Source: Octopus vulgaris (Eukaryota). Taken from it: a stretch of DNA of 64,000 nt. The position numbers were made by a program, and so were the translations under genes. The notes under the pieces are model-generated. The model saw only the letters and a list, made by a program, of their open reading frames with translations. It searched no databases and was not told where the DNA came from. Shown piece after piece: positions 59,501 through 64,000 of the stretch (within the stretch, counting starts at the first letter, position 1; each line of letters opens with the position of its first letter). The stretch covers positions 32,550,001 through 32,614,000 of the forward strand of contig OX597824.1 of NCBI GenBank assembly GCA_951406725.2, given 5' to 3'.

Positions 59501-60868
59501 ATTTAAAATTTTTCTTGTTATGGCCTGGAGAACTATAATAATACTAATCATCATCATCATCATTGTTTAACGTTCGCTTTCCATGCTAGCATGGGTTGGA
59601 CGATTTGACTGAGGTCTAGTGAACCAGATGGCTGCACCAGACTCCTATCTGATCTGACAGTGTTTCTATAGCTGGATGCACTTCCTAATGCCAACCACTC
59701 CAAGAGTGTAGTGAGTGCTTTTACGTGCCACCGGCATGAGGACCAGTCAGGCGGTACTGGCAACAGCCACACTCAAATAGTGCTTTCATTGTGCCACCTG
59801 CACAGGAGCCTGTCCAGCGGCACTGGCAACGACCTCGTGTAAACAAGAGGGGTGTTGAGAACAAAGCCCTAATGGACATCTATCACCGTATTAACTCACT
59901 TTCATCTTGCTGACAACATCCATGTACATAGTATGCATGGCTCTCACAAATTATTCATCTAAACCTGGTTCTCTCAACATCAATTACAAAGTATAATATC
60001 TTGTCAAAGACTTCTGGTTTAACGAATATGAGTGGAAGTGGGTTGCTCTGTGCTCACAAGAAAGAGAGCATCAATATTACTGTCTTCTGGAACAAATCCA
60101 AATTTTATCTCATCTCTCTTAATTTTCTTCCTAATTAGTTACAACTTTTCTTTTATTACCATAATTTGATACATCAATTTGATACCTAAGTAGTGAATTC
60201 TTCCAGAGTGTCTCCTGTACCATTATGACAACTGATGATGATATACATATGCCAGTCTCTAGATATGACCCCTTTTTCTACTCTCTGACAATAACTAAAC
60301 AAGCGAAAAAGTTGCATTCTTACATCACAAGATATTCTTATTATTGCAGTAACCATCCTTGATGATCAGGCTGGTTTCTCTTAATAGTCTTTTTAATTAC
60401 TTAGTTGTCAGTATTATTAGCTATTGGCTCTAATGTGGCTAATTCTCATCTTTCTTCCATTCAGTCTTCTACTTCAACAACCTCTCTCACACAAGTGCTC
60501 TTACAACTCTTTCTTTTCACTATCAGTAAGGGTGAGATTGCTACTGTTTTTAGATACAGTTTTCAGTAGTAACAAAACCTGATTCAGAGTCAACACAATA
60601 TATGAGAAATTAATAAATCATTATTACTATCATTGCAGTGTTAGAAGCTCTCCATATATATATGTGCATTTGTAGTGTGTCTGTGTGTGTTGTGTAAGAG
60701 TGTGTACATCAGACACGTAGAGAAAAAGCTGACCATTTCTGTTTCAACTTAGTAGCCTCACCAGTCTAATGAAGAGTACCAACTGAAACTTCAAAGTAAC
60801 TATCAATATTGTCCTTTTAAAACAAAAACAAATATGATACTCCATGAAAATATTTACCTACAAAGATA

Positions 60869-60916
<48 letters not shown>

Positions 60917-61986
60917 ATAGGATTAGCTCGTATACGAGTAGGTATATATTTGTAAAAAATATAGTTTCAGGAACTGAAACATGTTATAATGTTATAATGT
61001 ATATATAAAAATTAAAAATTGTATAATACAGCAGCATTTTCGAACTTCATTTTTTACAAATATATATGTATATATATATATATACATACATAAATATGTG
61101 AGTGTGTGTGTGTATATGTGCATATAAGAAGGGATGACCACTAAGTGGACATCCAATAGGCTAGAAGAAGATCACTTACAATCTAACCACAAAGAAAACA
61201 ATGTTCTCCAGAGAAATTCAGCAAGTACCAGAACATAAGCGGGTAAGACACATGAAAATATACAAAATAAAGAATTAATCGTAGACCGATTTTGTCATTA
61301 ACGATTTTACGTTCTAATTCAATATAATTTGCAGAACTATATACTGATTGTCCTCATAAAATTAGACGTGTGTACAGTTCTACAGATTATATTGGGGTTA
61401 TTTTCAAATGTCTCAATTCTGGCACGTTAAATCCCAATATATATATATATTTTTTATATATGCTAGGTTACTGGTTTAAAATTGATGTTAATTAAATTAA
61501 TATTCAATTTATCACCCTCATTATTTAAATTTATACACACACACACATATATATATACATACCTATTATATTACATTACATTTTAATGGAAACCTTACGC
61601 TTGAAACAAGCATCTTGAATTTCTCAATGCTCATCATGAAAATTGTGTCTCCCTAACATGCCAAAATAGTAACATGTACGGGATTATACACTAAATTCCA
61701 TGCTTTAAATTAGTTATTTTTAATGAACTGGAAATAATTTATTTTGTATATTTGATAATAACAATATATGTATATATATGAATATTGTATGCATGTGTGT
61801 ACATATATATTTGCATGTGCATGCACACACAGACACGCACACATGTGTATATATACATATATGTATAATATATATATATGTCTGTAAATGTACACACATA
61901 TATAAATATACACACATATACAAATAAACTTAGGTCATATTTAGCTTAAAAGCACACATATATATGCTAATCATTATTTTGTTTAC

Positions 61987-62022
<36 letters not shown>

Positions 62023-62941
62023 GTATGTGTGTACCAAGAACAGAAATGGTAATTTGTTGAATTGTACTATATTATACACTCAATGATGTGTTTTTTTCTT
62101 CAAATAATAGTTTTTAAATATAAGAAAACTTTCAATAGAACAAATTACAAAGAAATATATAGTAAGCAAGAGAAAGAGAGGGAGAGAGAAAGAGTAGGAG
62201 AAAGTAGGGGAAGAAGAAAAAGTGAAAGAAGAAAAAGAGAAAATGGTGAAAAGACAAGAAATGTTTTCTTTTCTTCATGCATCATGGAATGGTATATAAT
62301 AAATATATTTTATGTAGAAAGGCAAAAAAAAAAAATGAAAAAAAAAATGAAGAGACCTTAAAAAAATGAAAATTTAAAAGAAAATTAAGAATAGTTGCAA
62401 CTGAATATACAGATGGACAATGTTTGCAGAAAATATGTAATAATCAGATCAGAGAAATGGTAAGAAGGAATGCAAGTTCATACAGAGAAAGACACAATAC
62501 AAACACAATAGATGGCAAAAAGCAATAAAAATGAAGTTGTTTTAGGAGTGTAGCCAATATATATATATATATGTAAAAATATGAAATGTTTAAATATGGG
62601 AAAATTGGAGGGCAGAGAAAATGGTATATAATATTTAGAAGAAATCAGCAGCTGCACAAACATCACCTAGAAAATGACAGAAATTCAAAATTTGAAATAA
62701 AAATTAGAATATTTAATGCCAAACAGCCCTCCTTAACTTTCCTTGTTTACACCCCAATTAGAATAAACTGAAATTTAAAAAATAATAATAATAATAATAA
62801 AATGATAGTTTGAGACAGAAAGGAAGATTGGAATGTTTACAAGGAGACTGAAAGCAAACAGCAGAAGATAGAAAAGAAGGGTTTTAAAATGCAATGAAGC
62901 CGACAGACTAAACATGCAAAACCGAGAACAGCTTACTGTAC

Positions 62942-62959
62942 CAGACTGGCGACTTTTAT
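62942..62959 (-). CDS. Candidate 18-nt (or 23-nt) alternative RyR microexon (D)KSRQS(G)
   Basis: tcttttttatttgtag acceptor; donors G|gtacag (18 nt, phase 1 to 1) or A|gtaagc (23 nt); TGCATG just downstream. Confidence 0.4.
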
Positions 62960-64000
62960 CTACAAATAAAAAAGAATTAAAGAATACATTTATAATATTT
63001 CCAAAGTAGAACTGAACCACTAAAATATTTATAGAATGATAGAGGTGTTAAAAGAAGTAAAATTGATTTTTAAGCAGATTTTATAGACACACACATATAT
63101 GTATACATACTCATATATATATGTGGATATATATACACACACACATATATGTGTATTTATATATATATATATATGTATGTTTTGATTATATATAGGTCAT
63201 TAAATAATTAAGGTAGTGGAAGCAACCCAAAGTTAAATAGGATTCTAAGAATATAAAGAATTTTTAGTGGATCCCAAACTAATTTTATTTGAGTTAGAAC
63301 AACAATTATAAATTAGGTAGTTTAGATAAGTTTTATATTTAAATCTTTCTTTGTAGTTTTGTATTCAATTGCGTTAAGGTTTTGGTATAAAGAATGCATT
63401 AGACATTTTATGTGATACAGAGTTATATTTTAACACTGGACTTCACCTCACAAATAATGAAATCTCCAGCTGACCAATGGAAAACAGCTATTTTGTATAC
63501 ATTGTTACTGCTTTGAAGTGTTTGTTGGTAAGAGCAGTCACAAAAAGAAGATCATGGGTTGCATGGTTGACTCAGTGCAACTAGTTACAATATAACTTCT
63601 ACTATCTAGAAAATATATGTACTAGAGATGAGCCTAAGGGGAGAAATACTGGTTTATGTGAGAAAACTTGTGTTGAAAATATAGTTTTCTCTCCATATAC
63701 AAAAGGTAAAATACATAATGTATTACATGCAATGATGAATGCTTGTAGAACATGAATAATGAATGCAGAAGACAAGAAGATCTGCAGTGACTAGAGAGGA
63801 ATGTGTTAAGTGGACTATTGATTTATGCAGAGCTAATTGATAAGAAATCCTGAGCATAAATGAGTTTAAATATCAGATGAAAGCTGGAGGTATTGGTCTG
63901 CACTGGTTTGAACATAATGGACATGTTAATGGATGTGAAACAAAATGCTGAGAGTTGACAGTGTAGAGTACACACTGTAAATGTAGACCAAGATAGACTT

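Noticed and set aside
62661-62690. ttttctag|gtgatg as a recursive splice site in the giant intron
   Set aside because: The regenerated donor is weak, and such matches are expected by chance in 34 kb of AT-rich sequence.

Overview
AT-rich, microsatellite- and SINE-dense animal genomic DNA; the repeat families and composition point to an octopus/coleoid cephalopod (inference). The window lies entirely inside a large minus-strand ryanodine receptor (RyR) gene. I could read 22 coding exons (139-29973, 2848 nt, about 950 aa) with GT-AG boundaries and consistent phases. They run from the N-terminal beta-trefoil/MIR region through RIH/N-solenoid, SPRY1 and RyR repeats 1-2 to the start of SPRY2. The expected next upstream exon was not found, so 29974-64000 appears to be one intron of more than 34 kb. 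Introns hold several tRNA-derived SINE families, RTE-like and RLE-type LINE fragments, two defective mariner elements, Tc2/pogo-like and piggyBac-like MITEs, and fold-back (probably Penelope-like) termini. Most notable: (1) several minimal type-I hammerhead ribozyme folds in the fold-back repeats, including a family with a compensatory G3-C8 core swap and one with U4C; (2) two candidate frame-preserving phase-1 microexons (30 nt and 18 nt) in the giant intron; (3) RyR codons where A-to-I editing would restore the residue conserved in fly and vertebrates. All were read by eye and none is computationally or experimentally verified.
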